Assembly: GCA_030141605.1 (NCBI GenBank)
Contig: JAQGDQ010000227.1
Coordinates: 1 to 64,000 of the forward strand
Source: Tubiluchus corallicola
Taxonomy: Eukaryota; Animalia; Priapulida
Reading direction: 5' to 3'
DNA length: 64,000 nucleotides
Shown: one piece after another, positions 12,626 to 26,744 of the stretch
Layout: each line of letters starts with the position of its first letter
Position numbering within the stretch: the first letter of the stretch is position 1
Made by a program: the position numbers and the translations under genes
Notes under the pieces: generated by a model
Told to the model about the DNA's origin: nothing
Database searches by the model: none
The model's input: only the letters and a program-made list of their open reading frames with translations

Positions 12626-12994
12626 TGTTGTGGAGATCGCTGGCATCTATTAGAATTACATAGAACATTGTAGAATGTTCCGTTGGAATGATCGTCTTAT
12701 CGTGTGGAATGTTCTGGAACAAAACTTCTGGAAGCTTCTTGGGCGCGCTATATAAGGCGAAGCAGGCCGCTGAGACACACGCAGATTTCGCACGGACACC
12801 ACTTACGCATTCTCTTGTATACTTACATTTTCAGATACACTCAAACATTTTCCCGATTTTCACGTTTACTGTAATCATTTCGTGTTCCTTCCTTACTTTT
12901 GTATTGTAGAATTCTCGCTTAATAAACTAGTTTAATTTGACGGCGTGTTTTCTGGTTTTCTCTACGAGCCTTCCGAGAGAAACAAAACACAACA
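12626..12994 (+). mobile_element. solo LTR of an LTR retrotransposon
   Basis: TGTTGTG...CACAACA termini; perfect 5-bp TSD CTGTG (12621-12625 and 12995-12999); internal TATATAA (~12749) and AATAAA (12921); the 3' part recurs at ~44240-44333. Confidence 0.88.
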
Positions 12995-13936
12995 CTGTGC
13001 GAATTCATCGAATGGGGCATTAACGTCACTTGAAATTTGCTCTGTCACGATCGAGTCCATAAGTCAAACTCATTAACTTTCCCTGCCGACATAAATTACG
13101 AATAAATCAAACCGAGCAATCGTAGACACGCTCGTAACATTTATCCAATCACTGTGTCAGGAAATATGACATGCTGTATAAAGTTCAGATGTACGAAAAT
13201 AACTCAATCAAAATGACCTAGCTAAAATTCATAAAATACACTAGCACAAAATGTTTTTCAGTTTCTGTTACAAGTATTTTTGCGACTTTTTTGTCTTTTG
13301 TTATCTGCGTGGTTTGCAGCAGTCTTTAGTCTTTTTATTCAGGGTAAAAGTGAGTTGGAGTGTTATAGCCTGGGAGCCCAAGCTCAAAACAAGGCCAGGA
13401 AAATGAGTTAGCTCAGTCTGCGCTGTTCAGTTAACCAATCATGCTATTTATTTTAAGTATCTATAAATGATTTAACTGAATAAAATTAAGAAAAACATGC
13501 CCCTTTCAAGCACTCTAACTTAGCCTATCAAGTAGCTTAGTCTGGTGTGCGCTTGCGCGATCGTACACACTATTTTATTGATCGCCTGTTGCTACAGTCC
13601 AAGAGAACGGTCTGCTGTACGGAATTCCAAGAAAAACCAACCGATCTGCAAAGGAGGAATTAAGGTCACTTCATCTTTTAACAGGAATTTTTCTTAAAAA
13701 TAGAGAAGAGTTGAGGCCAAAGTGTACTAGAATGTTGTGCCTGGACAGTTGAAATTTTCTGCATTAGCCGATTTCACACAAGTGATACGATGCTACGCAA
13801 AGTTACTGAAGGGTTTTTTTTATTTTTGTGCCAAAAATCGATTTTTAATTTGCCTATGGTAAGCAATTATATATAATTTTGCGTGAAAGTCCAATGTTGA
13901 AGGAGCGGAAACCTGCAAAAATTATGTAATCACTGC

Positions 13937-14236
<300 letters not shown>

Positions 14237-14694
14237 TTTTCATGAGCTCCGCAAAATATAGTAAATTCTTACGGTCCTGAAGGAGTTTTAAAGACACAGT
14301 GTAATTCATTCAGACTTGAATTATCGAATATTTGTTTTATTGTATATGATTTTTACAGACTACCATTTAGCATAATTATCACAAGTAGCACAATACACTA
14401 AAGCACAATAATCACCTTATGAGGCACAATATAAATTTAATTTAGGTGCACCATAATTTTAACTATAATTTAGCACTATAGGCCTATATAGAGGGACTTG
14501 CTCTATTAGCCAGTGAAAGCTAAGAGAGTCGTACTCGTTGCTCATGTCGACTGGCCTTATATAAACTTCTCCTTCATAAATTAATCCAAATAGTGGGCTT
14601 CATGCAATGCATACTTGTATGGTCTGGAACCACCTACAGACCTATTCTAAGGGCAAATCTAAGTTTAACATTCAAGGCTCTATTATAAGACTGT

Positions 14695-15135
14695 ATGTTT
14701 GGGCTTTCAAAAACCAAATTCGAAGCTCGATTAAATTTTGCTCTTTCTTTGCTCTTTATTTGCCAAAACATGTCATTCCATCTAAACATAAGAAATTAGT
14801 GCCAAAAAAATAACACTAGCCAAAAGTCAATTTTACATAATTAAGAGTTCTACACTGCACTGTCGCATTAATTAATACATAGCTGTTATCTTAAAGTAAA
14901 TTTAAATTTTATAAAGTAATTAGAGTATATACATACGTTATTAGCCCCAAATCATAAGCAATTGTAACAGATAACGACAATATCTTATCAACTTATGACA
15001 CGTCTTCACTTCACAGTAGGCCTCTGACCCAGATCAAATTGATCACGTGATTAGGCCAAAAATCACCACAAGGTGGCCAAAGCCAACAACAAGCGAAGGC
15101 CGCAAAGCACGCTAATGCAAGATTTCCAGTACACT
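14695..15135 (+). repeat. unclassified interspersed repeat
   Basis: colinear similarity to ~34045-34508 (acatgtcattccatctaaaca ... gatcacgtga ... cacaaggtggccaaagc ... tttccagtacac). Confidence 0.7.
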
Positions 15136-15649
15136 GTAGTTAAAGGAAAATTCATTAATCAGAAAAAAAATGCTAGAGAATTTAGGGGAGGGGGGATTTT
15201 ATAGACACATAAAATTAAATTTATCTTCGGGAAATATATATACGATTTCCCGACATGAATACAGCTTACGTAAATTGCTTTCCTCACATCATACGAACCG
15301 CCTAATTTTACGAATAACGTTTGGCAATTGTTTTATGGAAAATTTTCATGGCGCGCATTCCCTCGGCGCATATTGGCGCGTTTCTACCCCGCCGTAGAAC
15401 CTTGCTTTTGCAATTTGCGTAGAAATTTGCCTAAAATCTAATTTTGCCGAAATTGTTGATTTTTGTTAGCGTGTTAAACCGTGAAAAGACTAACTATGTG
15501 GTCAATTCTCACTCGGTATCTCTCAGGTGTTAAAAATTCAAAATACATTGCCCGTCTAGACGTAACCGTGATTAATTATAAAGACAAAAGACCGGCCGCA
15601 TTTACATTTTACAAGGAATAAATGACATTAATAAGCTAAGCTGTTAAAC

Positions 15650-16612
15650 CTGTAGCATAGGGGGTACAGTAACAAGGATTTTGCCAACTTGTACACTGTG
15701 TAGCATAGAGACAATGGTTATACCAACTTGTACACTGTGTAGCATTGAGGGTACAGTAACAATGATCTTTCCAACTTGTACACTGTGTAGCATAGAGGGT
15801 ACAGTAACAATGATCTTACCAACTTGTACACTGTTTAGCATGGAGGGCACAGTAACAATGGGTTTACCAACTTGTACAGTGTGTAGCATAGAGGGTACGG
15901 TAACAAGGATTTTGCCAACTTGTACACTGTGTAGCATAGAGACAATGGTTATATCAACTTGTACACTGTGTAGCATAGAGAGTACAGTAACAATGATCTT
16001 ACCAACTTGTACACTGTGTAGCATAGAGGATACAGTAACAAGGATTTTGCCACCTTGTACACTGTGTAGCATAGAGGGTACAGTAACAATGGTTATACCA
16101 ACTTGTACACTGTGTAGCGTAGAGGGTACAGTAACAATGATCTTACCAACTTGTACACTGTTTAGCATGGAGGGCACAGTAACAATGGTTATACCAACTT
16201 GTACATTGTGTAGCATAGACGGTACAGTAACAAGGATTTTGCCAACTTGTACACTGTGTAGCATAGAGACAATGGTTATACCAACTTGTACACTGTGTAG
16301 CATAGAGAGTACAGTAACAATTATCTTACCAATTTGTACACTGTGTAGCATAGAGGATACAGTAACAAGGATTTTGCCACCTTGTACACTGTGTAGCATA
16401 GAGGGTACAGTAACAATGGTTATACCAACTTGTACACTGTGTAGCACAGAGGGAACAGTAACAATGGTTATACCAACTTGTACACTGTGTAGCATAGAGG
16501 ATACAGTAACAATGGTTATACCAGCTTGTACACTGTGTAGCATAGATGATACAGTAACAATGGTTATACCAGCTTGTACACTGTGTAGCATAGAGAGTAC
16601 AGTAACAATGGT
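15650..16612. repeat. 48-bp minisatellite with 39-bp variants and higher-order structure
   Basis: about 20 units of ccaacttgtacactgtgtagcatagagggtacagtaacaatggttata. Confidence 0.95.
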
Positions 16613-17609
16613 TAAAGACCTTCAATCGTTAGATAAAAGACAACTTGATAAAATTCTCTTTGCAGGTAATATTTAAAAAGAAGCTTTGTATTTTTTCTGC
16701 ATTTGATGGCATTTTAAGAGGACAATCAATACAATTTCTTAATAGAGTCAACATTTCTTTTTTGTGATGATAATTATAATAACTTCAGTTACAACTATTA
16801 GTCAGCAATAAGACTACAGGCAAATACTTGTAAAAGTAGCACATGCGCTGCTTTCAAACACTGAGAGAAGAATTTAGAGCTTTCTGTTTAGAAATAATAT
16901 GAGCAAAAACCTGCATTCAAAGTAGTTCTTAAACCATATGCAGATTTGCAAACAATCTGTAAAATATCCATCATCAACTCAGGCTGGTAATTATAAATGT
17001 TTTACAGACATATTTTGTGTGGTTATCATTAACAAACTGTGGGCTACATGTTTGAAAAAACCCTCTGTTTGTCACCGATAGAATACTGTTGTACAATCGA
17101 GATTGCCGATTCCGAGGCTTGCTGGTTCAAATCCCAGCACTGGTTATTTGTGGACTGGAAAGCACACCTCCTCGGCATTTATTTTAATAACGAAAAGGGT
17201 ACCAGTGAGGTGATTAAGTAGGATAATCCACGACCAGTAACACAAGTTTTACACATTTAATGTAGGGATAGTTAATTTTTACCATAACTGTGCCAAAGCA
17301 TTCATCATGTTACCTTTGTGAAACAAACCTAAGTAAAAGTGTTAAAGGAAAAGTCATCCACAAAAAAGGCTAAGAAGCATTGGCCCAGTTCCAGGCAATT
17401 AATTTTATCAGTTACTGATTTACCTGAAAATAAAACCTTGAAAGTGGAAAGTGACCAACTGTAACGCTATCACCAAAATACAAATCCAGGGTAGGGTAAT
17501 TGGGTTGGACCTCCAGGGGGATAAGGGGGGATATAGGTGGTATACACCATCCCGGTTTCTATGTTAGAAAGGTCGTGATTTAAAATGATATTCGCCGCAT
17601 AGTCCAGAC

Positions 17610-18272
17610 TTAAAAATAGTCTTAAAAATTATATTACGTTATAGCAATTTTATGCACATAACGTACTCGCATTGAAAGAATTTTTGTTTGTTTTCATTTT
17701 AAATCTCGTGCAATACTGTTCCGACCGCGCAATTACATGACGTCATATACGCACAACGTAAAACTGGGGAAGAAAAGAAAATGTTAAACTACGTTCAAAA
17801 AACTTTCCATGTAAAGTTATATTACTTTGCATTTCGCTTACATGCTTGAAAGACTTATACAATTAGAAATAATAATTTAAAATGTTTGTGTCAATTGGTA
17901 AAATCTCGCTGAGTCACCTCCAGGGTGCACCATTCACTTACCAAAAAAGACAAGATACAGTAATTTCAAATTTTACTTGGTTAGTAATGTGTGCGCTACG
18001 AATGCTCTGATTATTTTTTCAATGTTATCTTAATGTCACTTAATGTTAACTTCTTAATCTTAACTTCACTTACTGTTATCAAAACTTGTTTCAAACGACC
18101 TACCATCAAAATGGCTGCACGTAACGGTCATCGCGGAAGTTTAAATTTACACGTTTTATACAGCGTTGCTGCCGACGCAAGCCCTGCATGCAAAAAGGCA
18201 GTCGTATGTGGTGATATAAAATTTCATGATGAATTTTCTAAGCTTTATGTAAGTGGAAGGTTTTTCTTGTGC
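17610..18272 (+). mobile_element. Kolobok-like MITE, family D, left end lost
   Basis: body matches 11905-12521; right end TTTTCTTGTGCT. Confidence 0.7.
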
Positions 18273-18519
18273 TTGAAATGAGTCAGTTGCGAGGCGTGTA
18301 AGCTTTTTGCATAAGGAATGCTAATAAATTCGCTCTACATATTTGCTGAGTATGCATTCGTTTCGCGAAGTCTAGAATAAAATGCAGAAACTTGTTATGG
18401 TAATTTTATTCTGAATGGCTGGTCAAATCCAGCATGGCAACACAATGCACAAGTTTAGAACCTAGCAGCTTGCATGAGAATAAGTCTCTCACTAAGCTAG
18501 GCTATAACAACACAATTAC

Positions 18520-19271
18520 TGCGGCCTCCGAAGCGTAATTTGGCGAGTAAGAGAAGTCTCGACCACGCTTCCAACAGTTAATCAAGCAAGAACTGTGCCC
18601 GGATCAAACGCTAATCACAACACGAAGCGGTTTCCCGTCTGCAGCAGCACTGATCGACATTTCGGACGCCTGTCGGGTGACGATATTCCGGACAACCTAG
18701 ATTTTAATGCTGATGATGGAACTCGCGAATTCCTACCCTATTTCAAGGCCTACTCTTCCTCAATCACAATCAATAATATTTTGTTACGGTGGTCGGTGCG
18801 GAGTCGAAGTGTGCTATAGGGTAATTAGACAACATATTATTGGATTTTTCTTATTCTGGCTCGCAATCGGTGGCGCTCTGGCGTCTGCGCAGTAGCCTCT
18901 GTTTGCTGAGCTGACGATTTCAGAATGCGAAGCGTCGTTCTGATAATGTAACTTTTGCAACGGCAAGCAGAACGAACTTGACGCCCAGTGACATCAGGCG
19001 CTTCTTGCAAGAACAGAATCGTTGTTACTGAGCTTAGTCATCATGATTTCTGCATAGCTTTCGTAAATTATTATCGTGTGTTGTTGTCAAGCACGTCTGT
19101 AGTGCGCAAGTTATACACTTCGTGATTCATAATCTTCCTGATAACATTTAGAGCTTTCGTACATTCAAAACTAAAGAATCTCTGCTGTGATACTCGATTA
19201 AAACATGTGATCACAAAGTGGTAGCAGGACGATATACAACTATAAAAATACTTCCAGGTTGGACTCTCTAG
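18520..19271 (+). promoter_or_regulatory. CpG-rich candidate promoter / non-coding first exon (possibly of PDE7)
   Basis: locally high GC and CpG density in apparently unique sequence, ending at a consensus donor CTAG|gtaagt. Confidence 0.3.
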
Positions 19272-19446
19272 GTAAGTTTATTCTATTAATTGAAGTAGAT
19301 ATAGCACAGTTTCTTTGACCTACCAATTATGAATGCTAAGGAACAAAGATAAGTTATTTATATTACATAATAGGCCTAAGTGTGTCTACATGTTAACGTT
19401 TTCTTAAGATAAATGCAAATTTATAAAAATGAAGCAGGCCTAGTTT

Positions 19447-19625
19447 GACCAGGCGGTTTGGCTAGTGGTAAGGCGTTCTCTTTCCGTCTGCGAGGTCGTG
19501 AGTTCGATACAGCGACCGGGTCATACCAAAGACTTTAAAATGGTACCTGCTGTTGCCCTGCCTGACGCGTGGTATTTAGGGTAAAAGTGGGGTAACAATA
19601 GTGTCTGTTATGTAGTTGTAGGTTG
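19447..19625 (+). mobile_element. tRNA-derived SINE with Meta domain (MetaSINE)
   Basis: A-box-like TGGCTAGTGG, B-box GAGTTCGATAC, then GTCATACCAAAGACTTTAAAATGGTACC; copies at 60540-60725(-) and 23210-23275. Confidence 0.8.
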
Positions 19626-20486
19626 TTGTTTATAGTCAGCCCAAAAGTTCTTCGCAGCTTATGTTTATTGTCCGTTGCTCCAATTTACATTTTAAAAGCT
19701 CAGATGAAGCTTTGTCTTGTCTCCAGCGTTTCCGAAATGCAAGCGCTAGTGCCTGTCTAGCTAACGAATGAGGAAATGCATGTAACAGGAAAGAACTAGT
19801 GGCGCGAACGTAAAATTGTGTTTGTGTGGTAATAATTCTTTCACGCAAATCATTGTTGAAAAAATAGTATGTTTCCTTTCAACATTTTATATAGCAGATT
19901 GTTTTGACCTGCAGTTCACGATTGGGTCCGGTTTTGCTTTAAATGAAAACCGGATAATTTTTTCATATACTACCCACTTTGATGACATCACAACTGAACA
20001 TAAATAACAACAGCACAAACATTCCACGAGCGTGTTGCACGTGTTTGGAAAATCGAAAACAGAAGAACAGTGATACTCATGTATTCAGTGTAATCTAGAA
20101 ATTGGACAATGTTTAAAATTCAAATTTCAGGTTTTTGCTATGCTCACGCATGAACTCTCGAACGTGTGTACTATACGTCACAACTGAACACCTTTAAACT
20201 GAGAGGTGCAACACCTGTTTTATGTGCAAACCGTTTCCGAGACTCAGGCTCTAGTGACCGTCTAACTAGCGAATGACGAAATGCGTGTAACAGCGATGAA
20301 CTAGCCGCGCGTTTGTGAAGTTTTCTTTTACATTTAAGGCGCTGGTTATGTAATAATACAAATGTAGTACATTGTTAAATTGGTCATTGGTTCTCTACAT
20401 TTAGAGATTCACACTTCCTTAGGTATGTCATTACTTTTAAATCAAAAAATTATCATCGTCCTGAAAATTGAATTAAAATGAAAAAA

Positions 20487-21060
20487 TGAATGAACGAACG
20501 AACGAACGAGCGAATGATTGAGTGAGTGAATGAACGAACGAACGAACGAACGAATGAATGAATGAATGAATGAATGAATGAATGAATGAATGAATGAATG
20601 AATGAATGAATGAATGAATGAATGAATGAATGATTGAATGAATGAATGAATGAATGAACGAACGAACGAAGGAACGAACGAACGAACGAACGAACGAACG
20701 AACGAACGAACGAACGAACGAACGAACAAACGAACGAACGAACGAGTGAATGAATAAATAAGTGAATGAGTGAATGAATGGATGGATGGATGGATGGATG
20801 GATGGATGGATGGATGGATGGATGGATGGATGGACGGACGGATGAACGAATTGAATGAATGAATGAATGAATGAATGAATGAATGAATGAATGAATGAAT
20901 GAATGAATGAATGAATGAATGAATGAATGAATGAATGAATGAATGAATGAATGGATGAATGAATGAATGAATGAATGAATGAATGAATGAATGAATGAAT
21001 GAATGAATGAATGAATGAATGAATGAATGAATGAATGAATGAATGAACGAATGAATGAAT
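20487..21060. repeat. (GAAT)/(GAAC)/(GGAT) tetranucleotide array
   Basis: read directly from the sequence. Confidence 0.97.
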
Positions 21061-22086
21061 AAACGACAGTTTTATTTAATGAAGACTGTCCACATAAACG
21101 CAATACTCCTTGTAGAAGAACCTTCAGAAATTAAAATAATTACCAAATAACGTAAAAAATCACAAGCAGGGAAAAGCAAAAAAGCAAAAATAACAGTTTA
21201 AGGCAATAAAAACGAATACAAACAGTAAAAAAATAGGTAAATGTGTCAGTTTACTGTTTATAATAGTCAATAATATTCTGCACATTCTGCCTGAGTTCAA
21301 CCCATTTAGTCCAAGATAGAATTATAATTGATTGGACATAACCTACTGGTTATGGAATTCTAAATATGCAAGTTGATTGTATGAAAGGTGGCTTAATGAA
21401 CCATGTATAACAAAGTGCTGGAGAGAATAACCTTATTTAGACTTCACATTTCAAAGCGTATCTTCATATTAAACACGTTTTCGGTATTCTACTGCCGACA
21501 ATAACGGCTCTCAGGCTTCTCTGCCCACCCACCTCCCTTTCATTTCCACTCTTAATGGCAGTAAATGAAAGGCAGAGCTACTGACTTCCAGTCGCGCTTT
21601 TAGCAGAGAGACACAAGTTTCGAAATCCAGCGTGTAGTAAATGCGGAACAGTATTGATTCAAGCGAAGAGCTACAGTGCACTACCTATATCTGAAGTGCT
21701 TTTCATACGTAAGCATGCTGCCTATTGATCAAGCTTCAACCAGAACAATTTTTGTTAGTCGACACGGCTAAATTATCAATCAAATTAAAAAAAAAATCCG
21801 TCCGAGTCGTTTACTCATCTGCTCGCCCGTGAGCGCTTATTTTGATGACGTCACGACGCGTAAGTTTCTGCTGTGCTTCGGCTTCTGCGGCTGATTATGG
21901 ATTCCCGATCCTGTTTATGGTTTAACAATAGACAGTACATTTACGTTACGTGGCCCTGAGGCAACATTTACTGAGTACATTTTTGCATGCTCATTTGCTG
22001 GTCAGCGCTGCATTGTATTCAATACGCAGGGCCACACAGCTTAGTTACCAATATATTCATGTACAACAGTAAAACATGGGGTTTAA

Positions 22087-22935
22087 AGGACAAGAAAAGG
22101 GGGTACCTGAAGTAGGTTTCAGAAAAATCACCTTCAATCAATCAATTTATTTCACTCCAGCAAGACTTATGCAATACATCAACATACAATATTATTGAAA
22201 CAGCATAGGTAAAAAAGCGTTGATGAAGTCAAATTAACCAAACAAAAGAGTTGCTGTATGACACCTTGAAAGCTTGGCTTGTCAGGGTGGTAGAAATGAG
22301 TGAATGAAAGAATGGTTTGGGTCAGAAAAAATGATGGAATGGAAAAAATAGTAAGATTAGGGATAGGTAGAAGAAAAAGAGGAGAAGAAACGATCACTTG
22401 CCTTAAAAATTATACTACTTTACAGCAATTTTATGCACATATCGTTTTCGCGTTGAAAGGAATTTTTGTTTGTTTTCATTTTAAATCTCCCGCTATACTG
22501 TCTCGTCAGCGCCATTACATGACGTCACGTACGCACAGCGTAAATCAGGGGAAGAAAAGGCAATGTTAAATTATGTCCCAAAAAACTTTCCACGCAAATC
22601 TACATTACTTAGCATTTCACTTACCTGCTGAAACGACTTATGTAACTAGAAATAATAATTTAAGATGTTTTCACCAATTGGTAAAATGTCACTATCGATA
22701 AACGTTTTTTTAATAATATCGACAATATTCAGTAATTTAAAATTCTACTTAATTAGCAATATGTATGCTCCGAATGCTTGATTATTTTTTCTAACTTCAC
22801 TTAATGTTATCTAAACTTGTTTCAAACGACCTACCATTAAAATGGCTGCGCCTAACGGTCATCGCGGGAGTTTAAATTTACACGTTTTAGACAGGGTTAC
22901 GGTCGATGCAAGCCCTGCATACGAAAGGCAGTATG
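22087..22935 (+). mobile_element. Kolobok-like MITE, family D, with nested ~260-bp insertion
   Basis: TTAA|AGGACAAGAAAA left end; the consensus aaaaatcgccttaaaaa is split by ~22134-22398, which starts with (TCAA)n and TTTATT like a minus-strand LINE 3' tail. Confidence 0.72.
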
Positions 22936-23319
22936 CAAGAACGTCATTCCTGTAAGAACGCCCTGCAGAAAAAATGCCCTTTGGGAATTAGCAGCCCGCG
23001 GTTGGGAGGTTTGTAGCTCTTTGAAAAGAGAAGAAAGAAGTGCCTCTACCAAGATAAAGGGTTACGAGTTTGTTTGGGGAAGCATTTCTTTTCTGAATGA
23101 TAAAGTTCTTGTATAACACAAACTTGTAAGACATAATTATAAAATGCTACAAAAGTATAAGCAGCCCACACTGTCAAGATACACGAGAGGACTAGCCTCT
23201 TTTGTCAAATTTGCCTGCTGCGTGGTATTTTAGGGTAAAGTGGGCTAATAATAGTCTCTGTTATGTAGTTGTAGGTGTCCCAAAATATTATTACCCATAT
23301 TATTATTATTATTGTTGTT

Positions 23320-23352
<33 letters not shown>

Positions 23353-23353
23353 A

Positions 23354-23391
<38 letters not shown>

Positions 23392-24146
23392 TGGTTTGCA
23401 TAGACACATAGTTTCAGTTTCATTCTTGCAGTAGAACTAATTACCTATAACAGTACTTTATATTGTCCGGTGCACCAATTTACATTTTAAAGGCCCAGAT
23501 GAAATTTCTGTTGTCAAATTTGTCACAAATCTTAATACAATTTTGCGCATTTAAATCAGCAACTATCATAATTAATTAATGATATCGTTAGTTGCCAGGT
23601 AATTTTGTGAAAATATTTATACCATAAGTACCGCCCCTACTGTCGTGTGTACAGGTGGCGCTGTTGGATTGTGAGCTACAAAGAGGAAATCTTAGGCCTG
23701 CTCTGTCATGCTTGGCTTGTAACTAGGTGGTAGAGCACGAGAGCATTAATCCCAGGTCTCGAGTTCAAATCCCGACTAGTTTACGATTTTTTAGTGTCTC
23801 CTCTCCCTCACTCTCGTTCTAGTCGCTGCCTATAGCTTTGCCCTGCGTGGCAAAGATTTCTATTACGCGAACGAGAACGGCACGGCGAAATGAACAGCTG
23901 TATAGAGTTATTCGGAACGATTGACCCCAAAACGAGATGTTGATTCAGTCACTATTGTTCCAACTGTATCGCAACTTGGTATTTGTTTCCACTGTTTGTA
24001 TTTACAACTAGCAAAGCAGCTTTGTTTAATCATTATTACTAGACTACAAACACAGTAGTGTCAATAAGGTCAACGTTCTTCACGCAGAGGGCGCTGTTTG
24101 TGTATCGTGCACTGACCGATGTCTACATGGGTTGAGGAAGTAGAAG

Positions 24147-24468
24147 CAGGGCTTATTTCAGCCTAAGCGAGCCCCGGGGAAGTGGGGCGTGTGAGGCCCC
24201 CTCGGGGGAGGGGGGTTGGCGGGCGCCCAGAAAATTTTTGAACTGAGAACGCAGGAGAAGCATTTTCGAAGAGAAAATATGGAGTTATACAGTTGTTAAA
24301 GGAAAGAACAATTGAAAGAAAAACTGCTTTATTCTCAAGACCAGTCCTTAATACTTGTCAAACAGTCAAATCAAAAACAACAAGAAAAATGTTACCTCGG
24401 GGCGAGGCCCCCCTGGAGGGTAAGGCCCCGGGCAAGTATCCCCACTCCCCCCCCTGAAATAGGCCCTG
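24147..24468. mobile_element. hAT-type MITE
   Basis: TIRs CAGGGCTTATTTCAG / CTGAAATAGGCCCTG; perfect 8-bp TSD AGTAGAAG. Confidence 0.9.
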
Positions 24469-24904
24469 AGTAGAAGATAAAAAAGTGTCCAGGACTCGAA
24501 GATGTAAGTTTCAGTTCCAGTTTGACTCACCAGGGTGCGCTACATTATCTTGTTTACTTTGCAACTAAAGTTCTTATGGAAACAAACTCAGTACAAAACG
24601 ATTATTTGGTTGTTTTTAAGGAAGATAGGTGCTTGTCAAGGCTGAAAAACTTGAAAAAGAAACAAAAAAGTGAAAAAACTAATTAAACAGGAATAGAGCT
24701 ACTTGAAGTTAAAGCTCCCTCAAGGGAATTGATGAGGTTTAAATTTCCCTGGAGTATAATATATGACCGGCGTTCGGAAAGTAAACCGTCGGGTAATTAG
24801 CTAAGTGCCTTGCGTTTCGAACCTGGACAAATGCAGGGAGAATTGTTTGCAGAATTTTTACTAAAGTGAGATACTGTAGATACTTTTTCGGGAAGAGGCG
24901 GAAT

Positions 24905-25290
<386 letters not shown>

Positions 25291-25699
25291 AGATTTGATT
25301 AGATCTTTGATTTAATTCTTTATTTCAAACATAAGTTCATATTATAATTTACATATATACGACATACAACATCATAAAAACAAAAAAACCAATACAAACA
25401 AATCACACACAAAAACTTAGATAAACATGAAAATTACAATATTCAGGGAGAGAGAGAGAGAGGGGGGAGAGAGGGAGGAAGAGAGAGGGAGACAGGGGAA
25501 AAGGAGAGAGAGAGCAAAGAGAGACAAAGAGAGCAAAGGAAAGGAAACGAGGAGAAAGAGAGACAGAAAGAAAGGGAAGGGTGGAGAGAGACCAAACAGA
25601 TAGACAGAGAAATAACGAAAGAGAGAGAAGGCTCGTGTCACACATTGAGAAAGGCGTACGGAGGAAGCCATAATCCAGAGAGAGAAGGCCGTGTCACAC

Positions 25700-26696
25700 A
25701 TTGGAAGCCATAATCCACAGCCCTTAAGTCATAAGGCGTCTTCCATCTCCCATAAGGCGTTTGACGTAATCCGCCTGTATGCTTCTTGCTCTGCATAAGT
25801 AGCAAGGCGTTTTGCCATAATCCGTTTTTGGCGGGATATGTGAATCAATAATTTATTAGTGTAATTTATTCGTTAACTTCATTCAGAACGAGAATTCTGA
25901 ATCGGGTTGCTTTTTTACATAGCGCGGCGTATTAAAAAAATAAGCAAGAACAAACAATCTGGGCTAGAATTTCTTAACCTGGGGTACGAAACAGCTAAGC
26001 CAGGTGTACGCGAAACTTGTGTGGCGTTACACCTCAGAAAGTTCTTGTTTGCCGTACAGGGTGCCGTACAGGGTGCACGTACAGGTACCGTACAGGGTGC
26101 ACGTACAGGGTGCCGTACAGGGTGCACGCACACGTACCGTACAGGGTGCACGTACAGGTACCGTACAGGGTGCACGTACGGAATACGAAACTTATGGGAG
26201 TAACAGTCTCGTGGTGGGAGGAAAGAGTGTGCTACAAGATTTAAATCCTTAAACTTTTTAAAAGGTCTTTGCTTTTGCAACACAACAGCGTTTTTCGGGT
26301 TTCACTGAGCACTGCCTGGCATTATAACGGGGTTAATTTATTATGTAAAATGGACGTTTGGCACAACAAATGCGTTGACAGATGGCTGTAGCCGAGTTTG
26401 GCGGTTTGTGGCGGATGACGGTGGGCGAGTTTGGCGGTTTTTGGCGGATGACGGTGGGCGATTTTTGGCGGTTTTGAGAAAAGCAGCCTCAACGAGGCGG
26501 CCATTGAAGCTACTTCACAGTTCGACTGCAAGTTCAACTTCTGAATTGACATCAGATCGTCTTTTTTTCTTGCACTTTGTTCTTGAATTTGGTGTTTCGT
26601 TTATCGGTTTTGCTTGTACAGTTAAATCATAGTAGTAAAAAATGTTAATATATGTATATATATATGTAATCTTGTGTATATAATGTATACATAATG

Positions 26697-26744
<48 letters not shown>

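Noticed and set aside
15681-16676. 331-aa CxxC-repeat protein
   Set aside because: It has a non-ATG start, coincides exactly with a minisatellite and is open on both strands; kept only as a low-interest finding
18707-18895. 62-aa ORF with a hydrophobic end
   Set aside because: No recognisable homology; the length is expected by chance in a GC-richer patch
23713-23780. tRNA gene (similar B-box motifs at ~1880-1940 and ~17100-17140)
   Set aside because: There are A/B-box-like motifs but no acceptor stem or cloverleaf; probably decayed SINE heads
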